A stretch of DNA of 64,000 bases, taken from the NCBI GenBank assembly GCA_034408725.1, contig JAWXCN010000152.1:5709-69708 (forward strand), in the 5' to 3' direction. The notes beneath the pieces were generated by a model. It saw only the letters and a program-made list of their open reading frames with translations, searched no databases and was not told where the DNA came from. Below, one piece after another: positions 39,383-48,960 of the stretch. Source of the stretch: Candidatus Hydrogenedentota bacterium. GTDB lineage: Bacteria > Hydrogenedentota > Hydrogenedentia > Hydrogenedentales > SLHB01. The position numbers and the translations under genes were made by a program. Numbering within the stretch: position 1 is the first letter of the stretch; every line of letters begins with the position of its first letter.

Positions 39383-40396
39383 TTAACGGGCGATTACGCG
39401 GGAAGCGTCGTTATCCAGATATATGTGCATCCGGGATTCGAAGAACCCGCGGGTGCGAATCAGGCCTTCGCGTAGATCGACGCGCGGGGACCAGTCTACG
39501 AGGCTTCGCAATTTCTTGTTCGAGATCGTGACGTCGCCGACGTCCATTTGCGCCCAGTCTTTGGGCCAGGGAACCTGCTTTACGCCGCCAGATCCGAAGG
39601 TACTGACCACCATGTTAGCGAAATCGACAACGCTGTGCTCCGCATCGCCCGCGGCGAAAAGCACATGCCCTTCGGTCGCCGGTTCGAGCGCGACTTCGAG
39701 CAAGGCATCTACGCAGTCATCGACATACAGGACGTTTCTGCGTTGTTTCCCCTCGCCGTAAATGGTCAGCTCTTTTCCCTGAAGCGCGAGTCCAATGAAA
39801 AAATTCAGGACCCCGCCGTCGCTGCTGCGAATGTTCGCGCGCGGTCCAAAAATATTGGCAAGACGAACGACGGACGCGCGAATCCCGTGCGCGCGGTGGT
39901 AGATAAGGTGGTATTTTTCCGCAACGCTCTTGTTCGCGCTGTAGATATCCAGGGGATATTCGGGATGGTTTTCGTCCACTACGTCGTGAATGCGCGCGCC
40001 GCATTGGGTGCTGGTGCCTATGTAGATGACGCGGGCTTTCGCGTTCTCGCGCCGCACGGACTCGAGCACGTTCATGGCGCCGATGCAATTGATTTGAATA
40101 TCGAGATACGGGTCGCGCATCGAATATGCGTGCGAGGTATGGCCAGCGCAATTGAAAACGAAATCCTGATCGCGAATCGCGCGGTCCACGAGGTGCATGT
40201 CGCGAACATCGTTAATGACGGTGCGCACGCCAGGGTAGCCTTCAAGGTTGGCAATATTTCCACCGCCGTGGTCCATCAGCGAGTCGTATACTGTCACGCG
40301 GGCGCCTTCATGTGCGCACCGAAGAGCAAGGTTGCTGCCGATGAAGCCCAACCCGCCAAGCACCAACACATTCTTGTCGAGAAATCGCGTGTTCAC
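39383..40396 (-). CDS. NAD-dependent nucleotide-sugar epimerase/dehydratase
   Basis: [20 protein letters not shown] (YxxxK), [19 protein letters not shown]. Confidence 0.9.
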   Translation of the reverse strand: MNTRFLDKNVLVLGGLGFIGSNLALRCAHEGARVTVYDSLMDHGGGNIANLEGYPGVRTVINDVRDMHLVDRAIRDQDFVFNCAGHTSHAYSMRDPYLDIQINCIGAMNVLESVRRENAKARVIYIGTSTQCGARIHDVVDENHPEYPLDIYSANKSVAEKYHLIYHRAHGIRASVVRLANIFGPRANIRSSDGGVLNFFIGLALQGKELTIYGEGKQRRNVLYVDDCVDALLEVALEPATEGHVLFAAGDAEHSVVDFANMVVSTFGSGGVKQVPWPKDWAQMDVGDVTISNKKLRSLVDWSPRVDLREGLIRTRGFFESRMHIYLDNDASRVIAR

Positions 40397-40702
40397 GGCC
40401 TCATCTCCACGCCCCGCTGAAGGATTGACTCCGGCGGAGTTTAACGCAGTTGTGCAGGGAAAGGAAATTAAATGGCGCCGGGAGTGCCACGGGCGTCGCC
40501 TTTTTTGGATGCCGGTGGCTGCCCAACTCGCGGGTCAAGCCTAAGTGGCCGAGTCACGAGAGGTGGTAAAACGACGCCGTTGTGGAAGGGCTTCGGCTAC
40601 GCCGGGAGTCAAAGCGGTAACGGTTGCTACCGCAATCCCAAAAAGTCCACGGTGGATTTGTGTTTCACTTGCTTCTTTCGCTGCGCTATTCTTTGGGGAA
40701 CC

Positions 40703-41635
40703 ATGCACAGCAGCCAGCGAACAACCGTAATCGTGAATCCGAGCTCCGCGAACGGACGGACGGGAAAGCGATGGACGGAAATCGAGCGCGGCTTGCGTAG
40801 CGTGTTGGGAGATTTCACCACACTCATTACAAAACGGCCGGGTCGCGCCGTGGATTTGACGAGCAGGGCGATTCACGACGGGTGCGAGCTGATTGTCAGC
40901 GTGGGCGGTGACGGCACACATTGTGAGGTGGTAAACGGGTTTTTCAATGGGAACCTGCCAATTAACCCCGGCGCGACGATGGCCATTTTCCCGCACGGCA
41001 CCGGATCGGACCTCGCGCGGGGTATGAACGTGCGCACTCGGGAGCAAGCATTGCGCATGCTGGCGGCGCGGCGTGTAGGTAAGATTGACCTTGGCAGGGT
41101 CACGCTCACATTACCCCACGGCGGCACACAGGTGCGCTACTTTCTCAATATCGCGGACTTTGGCATTGGCGGCGCGGTGGCGGAACGCGTCAATGGACAG
41201 ACGAAACGGCTTGGCCCGTTCCTGACTTTTTTGTCGGCGGTGCTGCGAACGCTTGTCACCTTCCGGAACCCGACAGTCGCCCTGCAAATCGACGGAGAAA
41301 TGCTGAATGTTCGGACGATCAACGTCATCATCGCGAACGGCCAATATTACGGTGGAGGCATTCATGTTGCGCGTGAAGCGAAAATGGACGACGGCACGTT
41401 CGAGGTGTACGTGCTCGGGGATATCCGGTTATTGACCGCGTTGCGGTATCTGCACACGTTCTATTCGGGAACGTATGTGCGGTACCCGCACCTTGTGCGG
41501 CGATTTAAGGCGACGCGCATTGTGGCGCAATCAGATGAACGGGTATTGCTGAATCTGGATGGCGAGCAACCGGGTCAACTGCCCGCGGCAATCGAGTTGC
41601 TTCCTGGCGCGCTGCAATTCGTGTTGCCGGAATGA
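40703..41635 (+). CDS. Diacylglycerol kinase family lipid kinase (YegS/DagK-like)
   Basis: IVNPSSANG, VGGDGT, PHGTGSDLAR, YFLNIADFG, NGQYYGGG, LDGE. Start moved to ATG 40703. Confidence 0.9.
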   Translation: MHSSQRTTVIVNPSSANGRTGKRWTEIERGLRSVLGDFTTLITKRPGRAVDLTSRAIHDGCELIVSVGGDGTHCEVVNGFFNGNLPINPGATMAIFPHGTGSDLARGMNVRTREQALRMLAARRVGKIDLGRVTLTLPHGGTQVRYFLNIADFGIGGAVAERVNGQTKRLGPFLTFLSAVLRTLVTFRNPTVALQIDGEMLNVRTINVIIANGQYYGGGIHVAREAKMDDGTFEVYVLGDIRLLTALRYLHTFYSGTYVRYPHLVRRFKATRIVAQSDERVLLNLDGEQPGQLPAAIELLPGALQFVLPE

Positions 41636-41643
41636 CGAATGCG

Positions 41644-44010
41644 CTAAGCCGTACTGACGTTTGGCTGTTTCCTTATCAGCAGCACCAGCGAAACTATTCC
41701 CGACACGACCAACACGGCCACCGATAGCCCGAGGCCCAGCGCGAGGCTTAACGGTTCGTATCTGAATTGGACTACGTGCGCGCCTTCAGGCACCAGCACT
41801 CCACGCATGCAGTAGTAGGCGGGCCAGAGTTCCGTTTCCTGTCCGTCGATATATGCTTTCCAACCGGGGAACCATTGTTCAGCGAAAATCAGGGCGCAAT
41901 CTTCCTTCGCTTCTACCGCGATCGTTGCGGTAAGCGTGGTGTGGTCCGTAACGTGGGCGGAGCCGAGGTCTGTATTGGATGTGCCCGGCAATGGCGCATC
42001 AGGAGGACGTTCGGTCACAGCGGCGACTGCTGGATCGAATTCCGGCTGCATCATCGTGTCGAAGACGCCACCGGCATCCGGCGCAGTGATTACCTTGCCG
42101 ACGAGGCGCGCACGCGGCAAGGCGTTTGGATTGTCCCATAAACCCAAGTTGTCGATGATGCCGATCAGTTTCAAATTCACGGAATCAAACGTTCTGTCTT
42201 CCGGCGGGGGGATGTATTGATCAATGGCGAGTATCGGTTCGAGCTTCCCCCACTGTTGCGCGCGAATCTCTTCGTAAAAACGCGTAACCCGGTCGGGATA
42301 AATGCCGTCGTACCCCCACGCCTCTTCCACCCCATAGGGCAACAAAATGCCAAGCCGTACACTTGCGGTGAATCGGGGCCCGGTGCTGATGCAGACGCGA
42401 TAGGGTTTAGGCTGATTCTGGAGATAAGTTGTCAGCCGTGTATCCGGAAATAAATGCAATCGGGATTCCACTGGCCGCATGTCGTGGCAGGCAACGAATA
42501 GATCGATGGCCAGCACGATCCAGAGCAGGTGTAGGAGTAACGCGCTTCTTTTGAAAAAGGCATGCGCGTAGAGAATTCCAATCGATACAGCCCCGAACGC
42601 CACTGCAATCACTATTTGTCTGATCACGTACTGCGACATGCCCGCCCGCGCGATGTCGCCGTATCGCCACGCATAAACCATACACGCGCCCGAGGCGATC
42701 AAAATCAACAGCCCAACAGGAAACAGGAAGTCAAGCTTCGTGCGTGGCGAACGGCTCCAATGTTCGACTCCCATGGCGGCGAGCACCGGCAGCGCAAACA
42801 TGCCGAATGATATGTGGTGCATGGGCCACATGGAACTGAAGACCGGCAAATCCAGAACTGGACGGACTATGGGAACTCCATAGCCGAGTAGAAACGCGAC
42901 AAGGGTTGGAACACCAAGCGCAATTCGGCGGCACCACTCTTTTCGCGTAACAGGACCGCTCGCCATCAGCGCGGCAATGGCGATCCACACCCCCATCCCC
43001 GCGTAAACGAGGCTGATGTAGTTCGAATTGTCCAAGACTTCCTGTTCAACCCAGACGTTGTCGTCTGCCGTAAAACCGTAGAATCGTGGAATCCACATGG
43101 CAATGGAAGTGTTTTCACGAACGAACGGGCGGCGCTCAAGTCCCGCGGCGCGTTGATTGAAGGTTTCGCTATGCACGAGGTACTCGGCAAATGGCAGCAG
43201 TTGCGCCATGCACGCGCCAATAGCAATCGCCCAGAGAATCGAGCACGCGCCGAGGGGTTTCCATAGTTTCGCGCCCCGGCGCCTGTCGAGCAGAAGCCGC
43301 AGAAAAAAATATGCGCCAACTCCAAGCGCGAACGCGAAAGAACTTTCCGGGTGACCACCGAGCAGCAGCAGCGTCGCGCCGAGGGCGCCGGTAAAAATAC
43401 CGCGGCGATAACGGGCTTCAAGAATCCATTCAACGCCCAGCAAAAGCAACGGCACCCACGCGCTGACATCGGTAATGGGAAGGTACCACCACGACATGTT
43501 GAACATGCTCAGCATCCAGCCGATGGAAACAAGGCGAGACGCCGGAATTCCAAACCCATGGCCGCGGGCAAAGATGTACGCGGTCGCTCCGCAGAGCCAA
43601 AGTTTGAGCATGTAAAAGAGGGTCGTTGCAAAATAATGTTCAAATATGCGGAACAGGAGTTTGGGCGGATACAACACCGTGCTCTGGTAATTTGCAAGCA
43701 AGGGCGCGCCGGTCATTTGAAGGTCATTCCACAGCGGCCATTCTCCCATCGAGAACGCGCGTGTCGCGAGCAGGTTGTAGTTATTGAACACGATCAGGAT
43801 TTCGGACGTGATGGAGTTCTCGGCGACCTGCCAGTCGCTGGGCGTGTACGGTTTAAACGGAAACCGCTCGTACAGGATGCTGCCGGGTACAGACACATCG
43901 CCGCGTAAAAAGGCGCCGGGGAACAGCACGAAGACCACGAACAATAGAATCGCCGCCTGAAGGAAGTATTCGTTCCGGAGCATTGATGTTCGAGATTGCG
44001 GCATAGTCAT
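41644..44010 (-). CDS. YfhO-like polytopic membrane glycosyltransferase (GT-C), paralog 1
   Basis: WPLWN..MTGAPLLANYQS, GGHPE, many TM helices, WGYDGIYP, AEQWFPGWKAYIDG, C-terminal TM. Start ATG 44010 or TTG 44025. Confidence 0.85.
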   Translation of the reverse strand: MTMPQSRTSMLRNEYFLQAAILLFVVFVLFPGAFLRGDVSVPGSILYERFPFKPYTPSDWQVAENSITSEILIVFNNYNLLATRAFSMGEWPLWNDLQMTGAPLLANYQSTVLYPPKLLFRIFEHYFATTLFYMLKLWLCGATAYIFARGHGFGIPASRLVSIGWMLSMFNMSWWYLPITDVSAWVPLLLLGVEWILEARYRRGIFTGALGATLLLLGGHPESSFAFALGVGAYFFLRLLLDRRRGAKLWKPLGACSILWAIAIGACMAQLLPFAEYLVHSETFNQRAAGLERRPFVRENTSIAMWIPRFYGFTADDNVWVEQEVLDNSNYISLVYAGMGVWIAIAALMASGPVTRKEWCRRIALGVPTLVAFLLGYGVPIVRPVLDLPVFSSMWPMHHISFGMFALPVLAAMGVEHWSRSPRTKLDFLFPVGLLILIASGACMVYAWRYGDIARAGMSQYVIRQIVIAVAFGAVSIGILYAHAFFKRSALLLHLLWIVLAIDLFVACHDMRPVESRLHLFPDTRLTTYLQNQPKPYRVCISTGPRFTASVRLGILLPYGVEEAWGYDGIYPDRVTRFYEEIRAQQWGKLEPILAIDQYIPPPEDRTFDSVNLKLIGIIDNLGLWDNPNALPRARLVGKVITAPDAGGVFDTMMQPEFDPAVAAVTERPPDAPLPGTSNTDLGSAHVTDHTTLTATIAVEAKEDCALIFAEQWFPGWKAYIDGQETELWPAYYCMRGVLVPEGAHVVQFRYEPLSLALGLGLSVAVLVVSGIVSLVLLIRKQPNVSTA

Positions 44011-44038
44011 AACACTCTGTGACAAGTTGCCGCGAAGT

Positions 44039-46432
44039 CTAACATGGCCTGCCTGATCGCCGGGCCGGAACCGCCAACAGCCACAGCGAACCCAACAAAC
44101 ACAGCGCGAGTGTTATGGAAGAAATCATGAGGCCCCAGCGGAAACTCGCCGGCTCGTAGCTGTACTCGACCGTGTGCTCTCCCGCGGGCAAGACAATCCC
44201 GCGGAAATTTGCGTTCACTGGAAAAACTCTGGTTTCGGCGCCGTCGATATAGGCACGCCAGCCCGGAAAATAAGCGTCTTGCAACGACAATATGCAGGGC
44301 CTGTCGCTGACTGTTTGCACGGCCACTTTGGTTGTCGCATATGTCGTCACCACGGCATTGCCATTGACGTCTGAGTCGCCGAAAGGTGCGTTTGGAACCG
44401 GGAATTCTGTGACCGCAACGCGCTCAGGATCAAACGACGGTTCACGCATTGCGTCCAGTACCGCATCGAATGAACCCACCTGTGCCAGCGTGGGCACCAG
44501 CCTTGCCCGCTTACCGGTCCTGGTGTCGCGGTAGACATCGATGTGATTAAAAGTGCCTTCTTGCGCAAAATAGGGCGGCGGCGGCGATTCATCCGAGAAA
44601 AAATTTTCCGGATACAGTGCATATTCCGTATCCAGTAGCGGTTCGATCCGACTCCATACCCTTGGCTCTTTCGAGAGTTCGACGAACTGCATGAACCGGT
44701 TTGGGAAAATACCGTCGTACCCCCAGAGGACTTCGAGCCCGTATGGAATCAACAACGGCGGCGGTATAACGTCCGACACTTCGGTACACCGAACGGGACT
44801 TGGCATTCCCCGCAAGTAGTCTGTCAATTCCGTTGCGGGAAACAGCGCGTCCGGCTTCGCGGTTGGCCGCATTCCGCGCGCGGCAAGAAGCAGGTCGCAT
44901 AACAGCAAAGTTACCAATGCGCTTTTCAGTATCGCGGGACGTCGAATCTGGGAATGGAGCGCGAAACAGACCAGCGCAAAGTTGGTGAATATTCCGGCAA
45001 TAGCGATCTGCCAAAATACATAGTTCGTCAACCCTGAGTATTCCGTCGAATCGGTGTCCCCAATTCGTTCAAACGACGTTATTACCGGCCAGGAAAAGAA
45101 CGCTGACAATCCCACGATGCAGGCCATCAACAACAGCAGCCCGCAGGCTGGCAACACCGCGCGGGCATTTTGGGGACTGTCAAACCAGCGGTCGATTGCG
45201 ATTGCGCCGAGCATGGGCAGCGCGAACATAGTAAACGCGATATGGTGAATGCCCCACATCGACGATACCAGCGGCAAATCGTGGATGAACGACAAAAACG
45301 GGAGACGGTAACCGAACAATGCGCCGAGCGCGGCAGGAATTAACAGTGCGACGGCGCGCGAACGCATCAATGGATTCTTCGGTCCCTTGACAAGCAACAT
45401 TGCAATCGCCACCCACACCACCATTCCGGGATACACCAGGCTGACGAAATGGGAATTGTCCTTGTCGTTCTGCGCGGCCCAGTAATTGCCGTCGGCGGAA
45501 AACCCGGTGAAACGCGGCACCCAATATGCAGCGATTGCAAATGGGCGCAAATATTCACTGCGCGCTTCACCGGTCGCGCGCGCCGCCAAGGTGTAGGAGT
45601 GTTGGAGATATTCCGCGAAGGGAATGATGTTGATCGCGTTGATTGCGAGCGCGATGATCCATGCCGTCAGTGCTAGGCCGAATAGCATGACGGCCCGCCT
45701 TAGCGCGAGGCGCGACATGAAGACGCGGATTAGAAAATACAATCCAACGCCCACCCCCATTACCAGCGCGGTTTCGGGATGTCCAGCAAATATCAACAGG
45801 GTCGCGCCAAACGCGAGCGTCAAAAACCCACGGCGGAGGCGCTGCAACGCAAGCAATTCCGCTCCCAGGAATGTGATTGGCAACCAGCACGCGACATCGG
45901 TTTCGGCGTGATACGTCCACGTCATGCAATACGCGCTCAACATCCACCCGGTGGACGCAAACCTCGATGCCCACGGACTCAGGCACAGACTCCGGCAGCA
46001 ATAAAACGCCGTCATGCCCATCAGCCAGAACTTCAGCAGCAGCCAAATGCTGGTGGCCTGGTGGGCGTCAAAGAAGACGTAAAGCAATCGCGCCGGATAG
46101 AACGCAAGACTCTGGTAGTTTGCGTGGAGCGGCATTCCCGTGCATTCGTATGGATTCCAGAGCGGCCATTCGCCGTTTGCCAGCGCGATTTGTTGCACGT
46201 GGGTCCAAACGGTAAATTGGAACAGGATTTCCGCGGCGGTTTGATTTGCCGGATGCTCAAACCCTTCCGGGATCGCGTCTTTCCACGGGTACGATTGATA
46301 CAAGACATAGCCGGGAAGCGCTACGTCGCCCTCGAAAAACACTTTGGGAAATAGCGCCACGACGATCAGCAAAACGAGTATGGCGTGGACCACGTATTCG
46401 CGGATAGATATGTTGGGTTGTTTCGATGACAT
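44039..46432 (-). CDS. YfhO-like membrane glycosyltransferase (GT-C), paralog 2
   Basis: WPLWNPYECTGMP, AGHPETA, VSLVYPG, WGYDGIFP, QDAYFPGWRAYIDG. Confidence 0.85.
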   Translation of the reverse strand: MSSKQPNISIREYVVHAILVLLIVVALFPKVFFEGDVALPGYVLYQSYPWKDAIPEGFEHPANQTAAEILFQFTVWTHVQQIALANGEWPLWNPYECTGMPLHANYQSLAFYPARLLYVFFDAHQATSIWLLLKFWLMGMTAFYCCRSLCLSPWASRFASTGWMLSAYCMTWTYHAETDVACWLPITFLGAELLALQRLRRGFLTLAFGATLLIFAGHPETALVMGVGVGLYFLIRVFMSRLALRRAVMLFGLALTAWIIALAINAINIIPFAEYLQHSYTLAARATGEARSEYLRPFAIAAYWVPRFTGFSADGNYWAAQNDKDNSHFVSLVYPGMVVWVAIAMLLVKGPKNPLMRSRAVALLIPAALGALFGYRLPFLSFIHDLPLVSSMWGIHHIAFTMFALPMLGAIAIDRWFDSPQNARAVLPACGLLLLMACIVGLSAFFSWPVITSFERIGDTDSTEYSGLTNYVFWQIAIAGIFTNFALVCFALHSQIRRPAILKSALVTLLLCDLLLAARGMRPTAKPDALFPATELTDYLRGMPSPVRCTEVSDVIPPPLLIPYGLEVLWGYDGIFPNRFMQFVELSKEPRVWSRIEPLLDTEYALYPENFFSDESPPPPYFAQEGTFNHIDVYRDTRTGKRARLVPTLAQVGSFDAVLDAMREPSFDPERVAVTEFPVPNAPFGDSDVNGNAVVTTYATTKVAVQTVSDRPCILSLQDAYFPGWRAYIDGAETRVFPVNANFRGIVLPAGEHTVEYSYEPASFRWGLMISSITLALCLLGSLWLLAVPARRSGRPC

Positions 46433-46439
46433 TGATGAT

Positions 46440-48788
46440 CTATGCCGCCCGATATTTTTTCAGCGTGATTGCGCACGCGAGGATGCAGAGCAAACAGGCC
46501 GCGCTGGATACGGCAATACCCATCTGAAAACTGGCGGGCTGGTAATAGAAATCGACTGAATGCTTACCAGCGGGAACGACCACGCCTCGAAAGGCGTGAT
46601 ACGCCGGGAAAATTTCAGCCGACCGGGAATCAATAGTCGCTTTCCAACCAGGAAAGAACTGGTCCGCGAGCACCAACACACTGGGTTTCGCCGCGTTGAC
46701 ATCAACCCGGACATGCGTCGCCGTGCGCGATACCACCGTGGCCGCGCCGGGATTGCTGGAATCTGATTGCGGCAAGGGCGTGTCCGGAGGTGAGTCGGTC
46801 GCGACCGTGCGGAGGGGGTTGAACCCAGGATCGCACATTATTTCAAACAGTTCGTTCGTATTGGGCGCAATTGTGATCGAGTTCACGAGAAACGCGCGAG
46901 GCTGCGCCTTGGGATTACGCCAAATCTCGACAGTGTCCACTGTGGCGGCAAGTTCCAGCGGATAATCCGAAGGAAGTTCGTCGGGAAAGGGCTTTATATA
47001 GTAAGGAATCGCGCAGACCGGTTCCAGCGCATTCCAGTTCTTTTTCAAACCATCCTTATAAAAGCGGACGATGCGGCCCGGATACAGCCCTTCGTATCCC
47101 CAGGCTTCTTCGATGCCGTAGTGGACGAATCCGCCGAGGCGCAGGGACCGAACGAGTCCGATACCTTTACTCATGGAAACTCGCGTCGGCTGCGGCTGTT
47201 GTTGTAGGTAGGTTGTGAAAGGAATATCCGGGAAAAGCCATGCGCGCGGTTCGACGGGCCGCATGGACCGCGCCGCGACCAACAGGTCGCAGGCAAGCAG
47301 AAACGTCGCAAGCGCCGCAAACACGTGTTTATTTTTGATGCGAGAACGCGAAATGAATAACACGACACCGATGAGCGCGAACATGAGCGCGATGCCAGCC
47401 TGTTTATAAACATATTCGTCCAGCGCCAATTCAGCGATTTGCACGCCGTACAGGGATAGCGCGATCCCCGAGATGACGAATACAATCACGAATGCCACTA
47501 CCGGTCCGATGAGCAGTCCCGGCCTTTTCTCATGCGCGCCCCACCACTCCACTCCAAATGCCGCCAGTACCGGCAACACAAACATGGCGAATGCGACGTG
47601 ATGTATGCCCCACATCGCGTTGAGCAGGGGCAAATCGTTCAACGCTTGGACGAGAAAGAAATCGGCGGCAAGCATCATGCCGAGAATCGCGGGAATGATC
47701 ATCGCCAGACACTTCCGGCGGTTCGCCGCATCGCGGATGATCATCGACCCTGCCGCGCCGAGCGCGATCCATACCGTCACGCCGGGATAGACGAGGCTCA
47801 CGAAGTTGGAATTCTCCCACCAGTGGCGCGCGTCCCAGAAGTTGGCGTCCGCCGTAAAACCGAAGAAGCGCGGGATAAACATCGATATGACGGCGTTACC
47901 GTGCAGGAACGGCGTGCGCTCCATGCCCTCGACGCGCCCTCCGAACGTGGAACTGTTGAAGAGATACTCGAAGAACGGCACAAGCTGGCCCGCGCAGAAT
48001 CCGATTGCAGTCGCCCATGCAATCGATGCGACTCCAAGCGGTTTCCACAGCGCGGGACCGCGACGCCGGTCAAACCCCAGGCGGAGAAAGAAATACAGCC
48101 CCGCGCCAACGCCCATCACGAAGGCGGTTTCGGGATGGCCCGCGAGCAGCAGTAGCGCCGCGCCGAGGGTCATGGTGAACAGGCCCTTTCGGTAGCGCGC
48201 ATCGAGCGTGTACTCGATACCCATCATCACGACGGGCAACCACGGGCTTACCTCCGACACCGGAAGGTGCCACCACGTCATGTTGAAAGCGCTGAGCATC
48301 CACCCTATCGACAAGAACCGCGACGCACCCACGCCGAGGCGCAGTGTCCGACCGTAAATGTACGCGGTGAATCCCGCAAGCCACAGTTTCAAAAGCGTGG
48401 CGATGGTGAGCGCGGTGTAGTTGTCGAAAAGCCGGTAGAGCAATCTCGGCGGGTAGAAAACCATGCTCTGGTAATTTGCGAGCAAGGGTGCGCCAGTAAG
48501 TTGCAACGGGTTCCACAACGGCCACTTTCCGGTATCTAACGCATCGTCGATGAGCAGGTTGTAATTGTTAAACACCGCGAGGACTTCTGCGATCGATACA
48601 TTGTCCGCTTTTACAAGATTCGGCGGGGTATGGCCGGCCCAGGGCGGGTACTCGTACAGTATGCTAGGCGCGGCGGGGACGCCACCAAAAAGGAACACTC
48701 CGGGGAACAGGATCACGAGAACGAAAAAAAGGATGGCGGCCTGAATTCCGCACTCGGCCCGTTGTATTGGAACGAACTTCTCGCCCAC
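46440..48788 (-). CDS. YfhO-like membrane glycosyltransferase (GT-C), paralog 3
   Basis: WPLWNPLQLTGAP, AGHPETAF, NFVSLVYPG, WGYEGLYP, LADQFFPGWKATID. Start probably GTG 48788 (track 48839). Confidence 0.85.
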   Translation of the reverse strand: MGEKFVPIQRAECGIQAAILFFVLVILFPGVFLFGGVPAAPSILYEYPPWAGHTPPNLVKADNVSIAEVLAVFNNYNLLIDDALDTGKWPLWNPLQLTGAPLLANYQSMVFYPPRLLYRLFDNYTALTIATLLKLWLAGFTAYIYGRTLRLGVGASRFLSIGWMLSAFNMTWWHLPVSEVSPWLPVVMMGIEYTLDARYRKGLFTMTLGAALLLLAGHPETAFVMGVGAGLYFFLRLGFDRRRGPALWKPLGVASIAWATAIGFCAGQLVPFFEYLFNSSTFGGRVEGMERTPFLHGNAVISMFIPRFFGFTADANFWDARHWWENSNFVSLVYPGVTVWIALGAAGSMIIRDAANRRKCLAMIIPAILGMMLAADFFLVQALNDLPLLNAMWGIHHVAFAMFVLPVLAAFGVEWWGAHEKRPGLLIGPVVAFVIVFVISGIALSLYGVQIAELALDEYVYKQAGIALMFALIGVVLFISRSRIKNKHVFAALATFLLACDLLVAARSMRPVEPRAWLFPDIPFTTYLQQQPQPTRVSMSKGIGLVRSLRLGGFVHYGIEEAWGYEGLYPGRIVRFYKDGLKKNWNALEPVCAIPYYIKPFPDELPSDYPLELAATVDTVEIWRNPKAQPRAFLVNSITIAPNTNELFEIMCDPGFNPLRTVATDSPPDTPLPQSDSSNPGAATVVSRTATHVRVDVNAAKPSVLVLADQFFPGWKATIDSRSAEIFPAYHAFRGVVVPAGKHSVDFYYQPASFQMGIAVSSAACLLCILACAITLKKYRAA

Positions 48789-48846
48789 GTGAAGACCCCG
48801 GCCCAGATTGGATGGCAGATGGTATGACGGCGACCCCAACGCGCAG

Positions 48847-48876
48847 AGTATAGCAACGGAATCAGGGGCGCGGCAA
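48847..48876 (-). promoter_or_regulatory. Sigma70 promoter for the three tandem YfhO-like genes
   Basis: TTGCCG-18 nt-TATACT with extended -10 TG. Confidence 0.55.
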
Positions 48877-48899
48877 TGCGTTGCATCGCCTTTCCGTCA

Positions 48900-48928
48900 T
48901 TGACTTTCGCGCGCGCGGCCCGTAGACT
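48900..48928 (+). promoter_or_regulatory. Sigma70 promoter for the HDOD gene and YfhO paralog 4
   Basis: TTGACT-17 nt-TAGACT, 32 nt before ATG 48961. Confidence 0.65.
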
Positions 48929-48960
48929 CCGCGTGCGGTAAAAGGGGTGGCTTCAAGACC

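Noticed and set aside
40397-40702. Possible tRNA or structured ncRNA in the divergent epimerase/DAG kinase gap
   Set aside because: Only short hairpins; no cloverleaf, T-loop or known riboswitch core recognised.
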